The notes under the pieces are model-generated. The model saw only the letters and a list, made by a program, of their open reading frames with translations, was not told the origin of the DNA and ran no database searches. Positions 38,261-50,381 of a DNA stretch of 64,000 nucleotides are shown here, in pieces. The stretch spans positions 448,001 through 512,000 of the forward strand of contig CAVRAY010000001.1 of NCBI GenBank assembly GCA_963719225.1, given 5' to 3'. This stretch comes from Thermoanaerobaculia bacterium. Lineage in GTDB: Bacteria; Acidobacteriota; Thermoanaerobaculia; UBA5066. The position numbers were made by a program, and so were the translations under genes. Position 1 is the first letter of the stretch. Every line of letters starts with the position of its first letter.

Positions 38261-39345
38261 TCGCGGGCACGCTGGGGCAGGGCGGCGCGGAGAAGCAGCT
38301 CGTCTACGCCGCGCGGGCCCTCGCCTCTTCGGGCGTCGAGGTCCTCGTCCTGAGCCTGACGCGCGGAGAGCACCACGAGGCCGCGCTCCGGGAGGCGGGA
38401 ATCCCCATGCGCCACGTGGGAGGGAAGGAGGGCGTGGCGCCGCGCCTCGCGAGGATCGCGCGCGAGGTGCGCCGGTTCCGGCCGCAGATCGTGCAGGCCG
38501 CCCACACGTACACGAATCTCTACGCGTCGTTGGCCGCACGCTCGGCCGGCGCTCTCGGCATCGGCGCCCTGCGCAGCAGCGTCGCGCACGTCCGTGCCGG
38601 AAACGGCGCCTGGACGCGCTGGCTCCTGCGCTCCCCGTCGGCGATCGTCGCGAACTCGCACGCCGCCGCGGACGAGCTCGCGAAGCTCCCGGGATTGGCG
38701 CCCCGGCGCCTGTACGTCGTCCCGAACGTCATCGAGGCCGCCTCCGCGCCTCCGGCGGACGCGACGGAGGCCGGGTCGCCCCGGACCGCGATCGTCGGCC
38801 GTCTGATCCGCACGAAGCGTGTCGACCGGTTCCTCGAGGCGCTCGCGCTGGCACGCCGGGAGGTTCCCGGGCTCAGGGGCGTCGTCGTGGGCGACGGGCC
38901 CGAGCGCGCGTCGCTCGAAAGGATCGCCGCCGAGCTCGGCCTCTCTTCCGCCGTGGAGTTCCTCGGCGCGCGCAACGACGTCCCCTCGATCCTCGCGGCC
39001 GTCGACGTCCTCGTCCTCTCGTCGGACGACGAAGGATTTCCCAACGTGCTCCTCGAGGCGATGGACGCCGGCCGGCCCGTCGTCGCGACGGACGTCGGCG
39101 ACGTGCGCGAGGTCGTCCGGGACGAGACGACCGGATACGTCGTCGCGAGGTCCCCGGAAGAGATGGCGAGCCGGATCGCCCTCCTCGCGCGCGACCGGGA
39201 TCTCGCGCGGCGGATGGGGGCCGCGGGACGCGCGCGTCTCGGAGCCGAATACGGCCTGCCGGCCCTCGCCGGGTCGCTCCTCGGCGTGTTCCGCGACCTC
39301 GCGAAGAAGGAGGGGCACGCGCGTGCCTCAGCGGCTTTCGCCTGA
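38224..39345 (+). CDS. Glycosyltransferase family 4
   Basis: GGAEKQ, VGRLIRTK, SSDDEGFPNVLLEAM...PVVATDVG. Confidence 0.88.
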   Translation: MENERERPRVALIAGTLGQGGAEKQLVYAARALASSGVEVLVLSLTRGEHHEAALREAGIPMRHVGGKEGVAPRLARIAREVRRFRPQIVQAAHTYTNLYASLAARSAGALGIGALRSSVAHVRAGNGAWTRWLLRSPSAIVANSHAAADELAKLPGLAPRRLYVVPNVIEAASAPPADATEAGSPRTAIVGRLIRTKRVDRFLEALALARREVPGLRGVVVGDGPERASLERIAAELGLSSAVEFLGARNDVPSILAAVDVLVLSSDDEGFPNVLLEAMDAGRPVVATDVGDVREVVRDETTGYVVARSPEEMASRIALLARDRDLARRMGAAGRARLGAEYGLPALAGSLLGVFRDLAKKEGHARASAAFA

Positions 39346-40384
39346 TCGCCGCTCCGTCCTCGTCGTGGGTGTCATGCCGCCCCCGGCGATGGGCGCGCGT
39401 GCGCAGTCCGAGGAGCTCGCCGGACGGCTCCAGGCTTCGGGCTGGCGCGTGTCGACCGTGTCGCATCGGAAGGGGCGGTTCACGCGCGTCGCGGACATGG
39501 TCGTCTCCGCGTGGCGCTGGCGCGCGCGCTACGAGGCCGCGGAGGTCGACGTCTTCAGCGGCGCCGCTTTCCGGTGGGCGGAGGCCGTGATCGCCGTCCT
39601 TCGGGCGGCGAAGAAGCCCTACGTGCTCGCGCTCCACGGCGGAAACCTGCCGCGATTCGCGCGGGCCGAAGCGCCGCGGGTCCGCCGTCTGCTCGCGGGA
39701 GCCGCCGCCGTGACGGCGCCCTCGCATTACCTGTTCGAAGCCATGCGCGTTTACCGCGAGGATCTCCACTATCTCCCGAACGCGCTCGACGTCGGGACCT
39801 TCCCCTACCGGCCGCGCGCCTCCGCGGCGCCCCGGCTCGTGTGGGTGCGGGCGTTCCACGAGGTGTACAACCCGGTCCTCGCCGTGCGTGTCCTCGCGGC
39901 GCTCGCGGCCGAACGAAAGGACGTGCGCCTCGTCATGATCGGCCGCGACAAGGACGGAACGCTCGCGCGCGTGCGGGAGACCGCCCGCGCGCTCGGCGTC
40001 GAGGATCGGCTCGAGCTGCCTGGCCCGGTTCCGCACGCCCAGATCGGCAGGTGGCTGGCGGACGCCGACGTGTTCCTGAACACGACGAACGTCGACAACA
40101 CGCCCGTGAGCGTCCTCGAGGCCCAGGCGGCCGGGCTCTGTGTCGTGAGCACGAACGTGGGCGGACTGCCATTTCTCCTGGAGGACGGGAAGGACGCGCT
40201 GCTCGTGCCTCCGGACGACGCGCGCGCGATGGCCGCCGCCGTGCTCCGTCTCGTCTCCGAGCCGACGCTCGCGGCTTCGCTCGCGGCGGCCGGCCGCGAG
40301 AAGGTCCAGCGATTCGATTGGGGCCGCGTCCTGCCCGAGTGGGACGCGCTCCTGACGCGCGTAATCGCGCGAGGGCGTCCATGA
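39323..40384 (+). CDS. Glycosyltransferase family 4
   Basis: RAFHEVYNP and NTTNVDNTPVSVLEAQAAGLCVVSTNVGG. Start GTG 39323 is inferred. Confidence 0.82.
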   Translation: MPQRLSPDRRSVLVVGVMPPPAMGARAQSEELAGRLQASGWRVSTVSHRKGRFTRVADMVVSAWRWRARYEAAEVDVFSGAAFRWAEAVIAVLRAAKKPYVLALHGGNLPRFARAEAPRVRRLLAGAAAVTAPSHYLFEAMRVYREDLHYLPNALDVGTFPYRPRASAAPRLVWVRAFHEVYNPVLAVRVLAALAAERKDVRLVMIGRDKDGTLARVRETARALGVEDRLELPGPVPHAQIGRWLADADVFLNTTNVDNTPVSVLEAQAAGLCVVSTNVGGLPFLLEDGKDALLVPPDDARAMAAAVLRLVSEPTLAASLAAAGREKVQRFDWGRVLPEWDALLTRVIARGRP

Positions 40385-41772
40385 GCCTCCTGGATGCTTT
40401 CTACCTCCGCGCGCCCGTTCCTCTCCAGCAGGCCGCCGTGGCGGCGTGGGGCGTCTGGTGGTACCGCCGGAGGTTCGGACCGATGTTCCGCGCTCTCGTG
40501 CGCGAGCTCGAGAGCCACGACCGGTGGACGTCGGCGCAGTTCGAAGCGCTGCAGCGCGAGAAGCTGCGCGCGGCCCTCGCGGCGGCCACGCGTTCCGCGT
40601 ATTGGAAGGAGACGTTCGCGAAAGCCGGCGTCGACGTGTCAGGGGATCCCATCTCCGCTCTCACAGCACTGCCGCTCCTCTCGAAGGAGACGCTTCGCGT
40701 CAGAGCGCGCGACCTCCTCACGCAGAACCCGCCGCCTCGGGGCACGCTCGTTTTCCGCTCGAGCGGAACCTCGGGAACGCCGACGGAGGTTTACTTCACG
40801 CGCGCGTTTCACGCCCTCGAGCTAGCCGTCCCCGAGGCGCGGACGCTGCACTGGGCCGGCGTGACGCACCGTGACCGGCGCGTCATGTTCGGCGCGCGCA
40901 AGATCTGCCGGCCGGACCAGCGGCGGCCGCCTTTCTGGCGATACAGCCCCGCGGAAGACCTCGCGTACGCCTCCGTCTATCACCTGTCCCCGGCAAACCT
41001 CCCCGCATACGTCCGGTTCCTGTGCCGGTTCCGGCCGGCGGTCGTCATGGGCTATCCGAGCGCCCTCACGACCGTCGCGGCGTGGGCGCTCGAGACGGGA
41101 AACCTTCCCGCCCCCGCCCGCGCCGTCGTGACGACCTCGGAGACCGTGACCTCCGGCGCGCGAAAGGCGATCGAGGCCGCATTCCGCTGCCGCGTCTTCG
41201 ATCGCTACGGTGCGGTCGAGCAATGCGCGTTCGCGTCGCAGTGCGAAGAGGGCCGCTACCACGTGAGCCCCGAGGTCGGCATCGTGGAGATCCTCGATCC
41301 CGAGGGGCGGCCGTGTCCTCCGGGCGTCGTCGGCCAAGTCGTCTGCACGGGGCTCGCGAACACGCTCCAGCCTCTTCTGAGGTACCGCGTCGGGGACGCG
41401 GCGAGCTGGGCGGAAGATCAGAGCTGTCCGTGCGGCCGGCAGATGCCGATCCTCGAGGGGATCGAGGGCCGCTACGAGGACATGTGCGTCACGCCCGACG
41501 GGCGGCGGGTGCTGAGGTTCGACACCGTGTTCAAGGGCGTGTCCGCGATCCGGGAGGCGCAGGTCGTCCAGGAGAGGCGCGATCTCTTCGTCCTGAACGT
41601 CGTCGCGGCCGAGGGGTTCGGTGAGCGGGACGAGAAGACCCTCCTCGAAAACATGCGGCTTCACGTCGGCGACGTCGCGACGGAGGTGCGCCTCGTCGAT
41701 GCGATTCCGCGGACGGCGGCGGGGAAGTTTCGCGCCGTCGTGTGCCACGTGCCCGAAGGGGTCCGGGAGTGA
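40381..41772 (+). CDS. CapK/phenylacetate-CoA-ligase-like adenylate-forming enzyme
   Basis: RSSGTSGTP, GYPSAL, DRYGAVE, PLLRYRVGD, CPCGR, IEGR and a C-terminal GKFR. ATGA-coupled. Confidence 0.8.
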   Translation: MSLLDAFYLRAPVPLQQAAVAAWGVWWYRRRFGPMFRALVRELESHDRWTSAQFEALQREKLRAALAAATRSAYWKETFAKAGVDVSGDPISALTALPLLSKETLRVRARDLLTQNPPPRGTLVFRSSGTSGTPTEVYFTRAFHALELAVPEARTLHWAGVTHRDRRVMFGARKICRPDQRRPPFWRYSPAEDLAYASVYHLSPANLPAYVRFLCRFRPAVVMGYPSALTTVAAWALETGNLPAPARAVVTTSETVTSGARKAIEAAFRCRVFDRYGAVEQCAFASQCEEGRYHVSPEVGIVEILDPEGRPCPPGVVGQVVCTGLANTLQPLLRYRVGDAASWAEDQSCPCGRQMPILEGIEGRYEDMCVTPDGRRVLRFDTVFKGVSAIREAQVVQERRDLFVLNVVAAEGFGERDEKTLLENMRLHVGDVATEVRLVDAIPRTAAGKFRAVVCHVPEGVRE

Positions 41773-42689
41773 CCTCGCTTTCGCATCCGCCGCGCCTGTT
41801 CTCGACGCGGCCCCTCGTCGAGATCTGCGCGCGAACGGCGGGCCGCCGACACGGCGTCCGTGAGATCCCCGTCGAGGGCTCCGGACCGAAGCGGTCTCTC
41901 TGCGCCCTCGAGGTCGCGGACCGGCTCGGGCTGAGATCGCTCCTCCTCGCGCCGCTCGGGCTCTACGCGAGCCCCGGCTGGGATGGGCCGCTCGAGAGCC
42001 GCACGATCGCGGACGCCGTCGCCCGTCTCAAGGGCGCCAGGACCCGCAAGTTCAGCTGGAAGGTCCGCTTCGACGAGGAGGAGCTCGCGGCGGACCTCGG
42101 CGCCCTCGGCCTCGAGGCCGAGAAGAACGAGACGCGAATCGTCCCGATCGAACGGGACTACGAGGCCGTGGCGGCGCGCTTCGAGCCGCGGATCCGACGC
42201 CAGATCCGCCAGTCGAGGGAAAAGGGCGTCGCCGTTCGAATCTCGGACGCGGACGCGGCGCGCGCCTACCACGCGCTCCACGAGCGCCTCGCCGCCGGGA
42301 AGAGCGGCTACGACTTCATCTATCCGGTCCAGCTCTTCGTCGACCTCGTTGGGCTCGACGCCGTGCGTCTGTTCGTGGCCGAGCGCGAGGGACGTCTCGC
42401 GGCGGGCGCCCTCTTCTTCCACGACGTCGATTCGCTGGTCTACTGGCACGGCGCGATGGACCGCGACTTTTCGAACGTCTACCCGACCCATCAGATCTTC
42501 GACGAGGCGTTCCGCTGGGGAGCGAGCCTCGGAGCGTCGTTCGTGAACCTCGGAGGGTCGGTCGGGATCGCCTCGCTCGAGTCGTTCAAGGACGCGTGGG
42601 GCGCGCGCGTCGCGTGGAACCATCAGTTCACGTGGCGGAACCCGCTTTGGCGGGCGATGGAGAGACTGCGACGTACTCCCGTGGCATGA
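41769..42689 (+). CDS. GNAT/FemAB-like (Acetyltransf_6) acyl- or aminoacyl-transferase
   Basis: RRQIRQSREKGV, LFVAEREGRLAAG, VYWHGA, NLGGS, LESFKDAWGA. GTGA-coupled to the CapK-like gene. Confidence 0.75.
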   Translation: MTSLSHPPRLFSTRPLVEICARTAGRRHGVREIPVEGSGPKRSLCALEVADRLGLRSLLLAPLGLYASPGWDGPLESRTIADAVARLKGARTRKFSWKVRFDEEELAADLGALGLEAEKNETRIVPIERDYEAVAARFEPRIRRQIRQSREKGVAVRISDADAARAYHALHERLAAGKSGYDFIYPVQLFVDLVGLDAVRLFVAEREGRLAAGALFFHDVDSLVYWHGAMDRDFSNVYPTHQIFDEAFRWGASLGASFVNLGGSVGIASLESFKDAWGARVAWNHQFTWRNPLWRAMERLRRTPVA

Positions 42690-42698
42690 TCATTTCCC

Positions 42699-43880
42699 AT
42701 GTCCGGCTATGAGACAGCCCGGCCCCTGCGGCTCTGCTTCCTGTGCAACGAATATCCGCCGGGGCCTCACGGGGGAATCGGGACCCTCGTGCAGACGTTC
42801 GCGCGCGCGCTCGTCGAGGCGGGGCATTCCGTGCGTGTCGTCGGGATGTATTCCGCGTCGTATCCGGCTCCCGACACCGAAGAGGACCGCGGGGTGCGCA
42901 TCGTCCGCCTGCGCGAGAGCGAGGGACCGGCCGGCTGGGTCCGGTCGCGCGTGCGGCTGTTCCGCACGGTCTCGGGATGGGTGAGGGCGGGCGACGTCGA
43001 CATCGTCGAGCTGCCCGACTGGGAAGGCTGGGCGGCCGGCTGGCCGCGGCTCGCGTGTCCGGTCGTCGTCCGTCTCTCCGGCTCGGCGTCCTACTTCGCC
43101 GACGAGCTGGGGCGGCCGCGGCGGCGGGGGCTCTACTGGCTCGAGCGCGCGTCTCTCAGGCGAGCCGATTTCATCTGTTCCGAGAGCCGGTACCTCGCCG
43201 GGAGAACCGCGGCCGTCTTCGGCCTCTCGCGCGTCCCCGACGCCGTGATCTACAACCCCGTCGAGACGCCGCCCGCTCCGGAACGCGCGCGCGACCGGAA
43301 TCGCATCCTGTACGCCGGCACCCTCACGACGAAGAAGGGAATTCGCTCGCTCCTCGCCGCCTGGCCTTTCGTGACCCGGGAAGAGCCGCACGCGACGCTC
43401 GACGTGTTCGGAAAGGACGGCCGAGCCGAGGAAGGGGGCTCGATGAGAGAGGCGCTGAGCGCCTCTCTCGCGAAAAACGGGATCGAAGGCGTGACGTTTC
43501 GCGGCCACGTGGCGCTCGACGCCCTCGTCGAAGAGCTCTCCCGCGCGTGGGCGATCGTCCTTCCCTCCTACGCGGAAGGGTTCTCGCTCATGCCGCTCCA
43601 TGCGATGGCGGCGGGATGCCCGACCGTCTACACACTCCGCGGGAGCGGCCCCGAGGTCATCGAGGACGGTCGGGACGGCCTCCTCGTCGATCCGGACGAG
43701 CCGGACGCCATCGCGGCGGCGATCCTCCGCCTCCTGAAAGACGATGCGCTCGCGGCGCGCCTGGGAAAGTCGGGACGGGAGACGGTGCGCCGTCGCTTCT
43801 CGCTCGAAGCCCTCACCGCGGCGAACGCCGCTTTCTATCGTTCGTGTCTCGGCGGCGGAAGGAGCGCTCAGGCCGCATGA
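42699..43880 (+). CDS. Glycosyltransferase family 4
   Basis: EYPPGPHGGIG, YAGTLTTKKG, PSYAEGFSL...AMAAGCP. Confidence 0.88.
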   Translation: MSGYETARPLRLCFLCNEYPPGPHGGIGTLVQTFARALVEAGHSVRVVGMYSASYPAPDTEEDRGVRIVRLRESEGPAGWVRSRVRLFRTVSGWVRAGDVDIVELPDWEGWAAGWPRLACPVVVRLSGSASYFADELGRPRRRGLYWLERASLRRADFICSESRYLAGRTAAVFGLSRVPDAVIYNPVETPPAPERARDRNRILYAGTLTTKKGIRSLLAAWPFVTREEPHATLDVFGKDGRAEEGGSMREALSASLAKNGIEGVTFRGHVALDALVEELSRAWAIVLPSYAEGFSLMPLHAMAAGCPTVYTLRGSGPEVIEDGRDGLLVDPDEPDAIAAAILRLLKDDALAARLGKSGRETVRRRFSLEALTAANAAFYRSCLGGGRSAQAA

Positions 43881-45052
43881 GCCCCCCCGAGGTCGTCCGG
43901 AAGCGCTCGACCTTCCTCGTCTTCGGCCAGCCCCTGATCGAGGAGGCCGAGAGGCGCGAGGTTCTCGATTCGATGGACAAGGCGTGGCTCGGAACGGGGC
44001 CGAAGGTGGCGCGGTTCGAGCGCGATTTCGCCTCGTACAAGGGCGTGCCGGCGGCTGCCGCGCTGAACTCCTGCACGGCGGCTCTCCATCTCGCGTGCCT
44101 CGCTCTCGACCTGAAGAGAGGCGACGAGGTCGTGACCACGCCGATGACGTTCTGTGCGACCGTGAACGCCATCCTGCACGCGGGGGGGACGCCCGTCCTC
44201 GCGGACGTCGACCCGGCGACGATGAATCTCGATCCCGAAGCGGTCGCGCGCGTCCTCACGCCGCGGACGCGGGCGATCCTTCCGGTTCACTTCGCGGGCC
44301 GGGCGTGCGACATGGACGCGCTCATGGACCTCGCCGCCCGCCACGGCCTCGCCGTCATCGAGGACTGCGCGCACGCGATCGAGACCGAGCATCGGGGCCG
44401 CAAGGCGGGCACGATGGGCGACTTCGGATGCTTCAGCTTCTACTCGACGAAGAACGTCGTCACGGGCGAAGGCGGGATGGTGATCGCGAAGTCCCCCGCT
44501 CACCTCGACCGCATCCGCGTCCTCGGCCTCCACGGCATGAGCAAGGACGCCTGGAAGCGGTTCAGCGACGAAGGCTTCAAGCATTACGACGTCGTCGCGG
44601 CCGGGTTCAAATACAACATGATGGACCTCCAGGCCGCGATCGGAATCCATCAGCTGTCGCGGGTCGAGGCGTGGTGGAAGAGACGCGCGGCGATCTGGGA
44701 GCGCTACCAGCTGGCGTTCGCGGCGCTGCCGGTGGGGATTCCGGCCCCGGTGGAGCCGGACACGCGACACGCCTACCACCTCTATACGATCCTCGTCGAC
44801 GAGACGCGCGCGGGCATCGGCCGCGACGCGTTCCTCGACGGCATGACCCGGCAGAACATCGGCGTCGGCGTCCACTATCGATCCATCGCGGATCATCCTT
44901 ATTACCAGCAGGCGCTGGGCTTTCGTCCGGAGATGACGCCACACGCCAGGAGCATCGGGCGCCGGACGGTGAGCCTGCCGATCTCGCCGAAGCTCACGGA
45001 CGAAGACGTCGAGGACGTGATCCAGGCCGTTGGGGCGCTCGTCCGTCCGTGA
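43877..45052 (+). CDS. DegT/DnrJ/EryC1/StrS sugar aminotransferase
   Basis: NSCTAALH, IEDCAHA, FSFYSTKN (PLP Lys), GEGG, GFKYNM. Confidence 0.92.
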   Translation: MSPPEVVRKRSTFLVFGQPLIEEAERREVLDSMDKAWLGTGPKVARFERDFASYKGVPAAAALNSCTAALHLACLALDLKRGDEVVTTPMTFCATVNAILHAGGTPVLADVDPATMNLDPEAVARVLTPRTRAILPVHFAGRACDMDALMDLAARHGLAVIEDCAHAIETEHRGRKAGTMGDFGCFSFYSTKNVVTGEGGMVIAKSPAHLDRIRVLGLHGMSKDAWKRFSDEGFKHYDVVAAGFKYNMMDLQAAIGIHQLSRVEAWWKRRAAIWERYQLAFAALPVGIPAPVEPDTRHAYHLYTILVDETRAGIGRDAFLDGMTRQNIGVGVHYRSIADHPYYQQALGFRPEMTPHARSIGRRTVSLPISPKLTDEDVEDVIQAVGALVRP

Positions 45053-46134
45053 CCGATTCGGCAGGATCGCGGCCCCTGGTCTCCGTGGTGGTTCCCGTGC
45101 GCAACGAAGCCGCGGGCATCGAGCGCGTCGTCGCCGCGATCCTCGCCCAGGATTACCCGCCCGACCGGCTCGAGATCCTCTTCGCGGAGGGACGGTCCAC
45201 GGACGACACGCGCGCGCGCCTCGAACGCTTCGCGGCCGGGGAGCCCCGGCTCCGGATCGTCGACAACCCGGCGGGGATCGTCTCGACGGGCCTGAATGCG
45301 GCTCTCCGGGTCGCGCGCGGCGAGTTCGTCGTCCGCGTGGACGGCCACACGGAAATCGCGCCGGACTACGTGCGCGCGTGCGTCGAGGCGCTCGAGAGAA
45401 CGGGAGCCGACAACGCGGGCGGCCGCATGACGGCGGTCGGCGACTCGGCCTTCGGGCGCGCGGTCGCGGCCGCGACGAGCTCGCGCTTCGGCGTCGGGGG
45501 AGCACGCTTCCACTACTCGGACCGGGAGGAATGGGTCGACACCGTCTACCTCGGTGCGTGGCCGCGCCGGGTGTTCGCGCGCGTCGGTCCCTTCGACGAA
45601 GAGCTCGTCCGCGACCAGGACGACGAGTTCAACTACCGACTGCGGGCCGCCGGCGGACGCATCCTCCTCACGCCGGCCGTGCGGTCGCGGTACACGGTCC
45701 GCGGAAATCCCCGGTCTCTCTTTCGCCAGTATTTCCAGTACGGCTTCTGGAAGGTCCGCGTCCTGCAGAAGCACGCGGCGCAGATGCGGCCGCGGCAGTT
45801 CGCGCCGCCGCTTTTCGCTCTCGCGCTCCTCGCGGCCGCCGCGGGCGCCCTCGCCTTTCCGTTCGAGCCCGGCGCGCGCCTGCCCCTTGCCGGCCTCGCG
45901 GCGCTCTACCTCGCGGCGGACGTGGCGGCGGCGGCGGCGGCCCGCCGGCAGGGAGCGAACTTCGTCCTCCTCGCGCTCGTCTACCCGATCCTCCATCTGG
46001 CCTACGGGTCCGGATTTCTCGCGGGGCTCTTCCGGTTCGCAGGACGGTGGGGAAGCGCGACCTCCGCGGCGGCGCACGAAGAGTCCGGATCCCAACGGTC
46101 CTCCAAACCCCTCGAGACCAAGGAGACCCGATGA
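45049..46134 (+). CDS. Glycosyltransferase family 2 (ExoA-like)
   Basis: VSVVVPVRNE, VRVDGH, DTVYLGAW, RDQDDEFNYRL, with C-terminal TM helices. Confidence 0.88.
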   Translation: MTDSAGSRPLVSVVVPVRNEAAGIERVVAAILAQDYPPDRLEILFAEGRSTDDTRARLERFAAGEPRLRIVDNPAGIVSTGLNAALRVARGEFVVRVDGHTEIAPDYVRACVEALERTGADNAGGRMTAVGDSAFGRAVAAATSSRFGVGGARFHYSDREEWVDTVYLGAWPRRVFARVGPFDEELVRDQDDEFNYRLRAAGGRILLTPAVRSRYTVRGNPRSLFRQYFQYGFWKVRVLQKHAAQMRPRQFAPPLFALALLAAAAGALAFPFEPGARLPLAGLAALYLAADVAAAAAARRQGANFVLLALVYPILHLAYGSGFLAGLFRFAGRWGSATSAAAHEESGSQRSSKPLETKETR

Positions 46135-47383
46135 GCAAGATCGCCGTCCCCTTTTTCGTCCCGATCTTTCCGGCGGCGAGATCGACGAGGTCGTGGCCGT
46201 GCTGAAATCGGGGTGGCTCACGACCGGTCCCAGGACGAAGCGCTTCGAGGAAGACTTCGCGCGCGCCGTCGGGGCCGGTCACGCGATCGCGCTCAACTCG
46301 TGCACGGCCGCCCTTCACCTGGCCGTCGAGGCTCTCGGACTCGAGCCGGGGAATGCCGTGCTCGTGCCGACGATGACGTTCGCGGCCACCGCCGAGGTCG
46401 TCCGATACCTCGGGGCGATCCCCGTTTTCGTCGACTGCGATCCCGGGACGCTCAACCTCGATCTCGCGGATGCCGGGCGGAAGCTCGAGGCTCTCCGGGC
46501 GGGCCGCCTTCCGGGCGGCATTCCGCGCACGGCGAAGCCGGTCGGGATCATGCCCGTCCATGTCGGCGGCCTCATGCTCGACGCGCCCGCCCTGCGCGCC
46601 TGGGCGAAGGCGCGGAACCTCTGGGTCGTCGAGGACGCGGCGCACGCATTTCCCGCCGCGTTCCGGACGACGCCGGAGTCGACGTGGACGCGTTGCGGCG
46701 AGAACACGGCCGACGTGACGTGCTTCTCCTTCTACGCGAACAAGACGATCACGACGGGAGAAGGCGGCATGGCCGTCACGGACGACTCCGCGCTCTCGGA
46801 GCGAATCCGCCTCATGTCGCTCCACGGCCTTTCGAACGACGCCTGGTCCCGCTACTCCGGCGGCCGGGCCTGGGACTACCGGATCCTCGCGCCGGGATTC
46901 AAGTACAACCTCACGGACGTCGCCGCCGCGATCGGGCTTTGCCAGCTCGCGCGGGCGGACGCGATGCGCGAGGCGCGGGCGAGCGTCGTGAACCGGTACC
47001 GCGAGGGACTCTCCGGCCTCGAGGAGCTCGAGCTTCCCGCACGCGCGCCGAACCGCATCCACGCCTGGCACCTCTTCCCGGTTCGCCTGCGTCTCGAACG
47101 GCTGACGCGGGACCGGGCCCAGGTCATCGACGAGCTCCGGGAGGCCGGAGTCGGGTGCTCGGTCCACTGGAGACCCCTGCACCTTCACCCCTATTACTCC
47201 GAGACGTTCGGCTGGCGACCGGTTGACCTTCCGGTCGCCTCCCGGGAATGGGAGCGGCTCGTCAGCCTGCCGCTCTTCCCGGGAATGACGGGCGAGGAGG
47301 TCGAGCACGTCGTGAGCACCCTGCGCTCGGTCGTCGAGCGTCGACGCCTCCCGTCGGCCGCCTCCGCCGCGGTCGCCCGCTGA
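46131..47383 (+). pseudogene. Second DegT-family aminotransferase with an apparent 1-bp frameshift near codon 9 (real or assembly error)
   Basis: ATG 46131 (ATGA-coupled, SD AGGAG) gives MSKIAVPFF. The conserved body RPDLSGGEIDEVVAVLKSGWLTTGP...FSFYANK is in another frame, with the shift at cccctttttcg (46148-46158). Confidence 0.75.
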
Positions 47384-47387
47384 GCCG

Positions 47388-48086
47388 ATGGCTCGCGACC
47401 CTGTCGAGTCCCCAAGAGAGAGCCGTACGGATCGCGGCCTTCCGCGTGCCGTCGACGTCGCGCTGTCTTTCGCGGGCCTCGTCGTGGCGGCTCCGATTCT
47501 CGTCTTCGCGGGGCTGGGGGTCGCCCTGTCGTCGAAGGGTCCCGTACTCTTTCGCCAGGAAAGAGTGGGAAGGGACGGGAGCCGGTTCCACGTCCTGAAA
47601 CTCCGAACGATGCGATCGGGTGCCGGGGGACCGGCGGTGACGGCGGGCGACGACCGCCGCATCACGCCGTTCGGAAGGCTCCTGAGACGAACGAAGGTCG
47701 ACGAGCTCCCCCAGCTCTGGAACGTCCTGGCGGGGGACATGGCCCTCGTCGGTCCGAGGCCGGAGATTCCGGCATACGCCGACCTTACGGGCGCCATATG
47801 GCGTCGCGTCCTCGAGGTCCGGCCTGGCATCACGGATCCGGTCAGCCTCCGGCTCAGGTTCGAGGAGGAGCTGCTCGCCTCGGTCCCGGGCGACCGGGCC
47901 CGCTTCTACCGCGAGGTCCTCGTACCGTTCAAGACCCGTAAGTATCTTGAATATCAATCCATCCGGTCGCCCTGGAGCGACTTGAGGGTCCTTTTCCTGA
48001 CCGTTCTCGTCGGCCTCTTCCCGAGATTTGCGCCCCCTTTCCGTCTTGAAGATCTCGCCGCCCCTCACGATATTCACAGAGGGTGA
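47388..48086 (+). CDS. Initiating phosphoglycosyl transferase (PglC/WcaJ C-terminal type)
   Basis: One TM segment, FRQERVG, KLRTM, DRRIT, KVDELPQLWNV, VGPRPE, RPGIT. Confidence 0.9.
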   Translation: MARDPVESPRESRTDRGLPRAVDVALSFAGLVVAAPILVFAGLGVALSSKGPVLFRQERVGRDGSRFHVLKLRTMRSGAGGPAVTAGDDRRITPFGRLLRRTKVDELPQLWNVLAGDMALVGPRPEIPAYADLTGAIWRRVLEVRPGITDPVSLRLRFEEELLASVPGDRARFYREVLVPFKTRKYLEYQSIRSPWSDLRVLFLTVLVGLFPRFAPPFRLEDLAAPHDIHRG

Positions 48087-48250
48087 GCAAGTAATTAACC
48101 GCAGCTGAGACACATTTTTTTGCCAGGCTGATAGTTTTTTCCTTGCGAAACGGCGCGAGAGTGTAATGATTCCGCTTCTCAACGGAGGGTCGTCGAGCAG
48201 CCCACGGTCGTGTCCTCGGGAGGTCCTTTCCGGTTCGCGTCGCGAGGTCG

Positions 48251-48428
48251 GTCATGTGTTCTACCGTTGGTGACTTTGTATGAACGAAAAGTTTCGCCGG
48301 GCACGCGCTTTGCGGAACGCTGCGATTGTTGAAATGAATTCCCTCCTTAGAAACCGGAGAGATGCTCTGCCTCGAAGGACGTCGCCTTCGGTTCGAATCG
48401 TCATGTGTTTCACCGCTGGCGGGTTTCT

Positions 48429-48458
<30 letters not shown>
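48251..48458 (+). repeat. Imperfect ~60-bp direct repeat (149-bp offset) duplicating the leader and first codons of the PglF-like gene
   Basis: gtcatgtgttctaccgttggtgactttgtATGAACGAAAAGtttcgccgggcacgc (from 48251) aligns with gtcatgtgtttcaccgctggcgggtttctATGAACGAGAAAttgcgccggcacgc (from 48400). Confidence 0.75.

Positions 48459-50381
<1,923 letters not shown>

Noticed and set aside
48087-48250. Possible ncRNA, riboswitch, ops/JUMPstart or sigma70 promoter in the AT-rich gap
   Set aside because: No recognisable RNA family or ops motif. TTGCGA and the nearby TAATGAT do not give convincing spacing. An Rfam search and TSS data would be needed.
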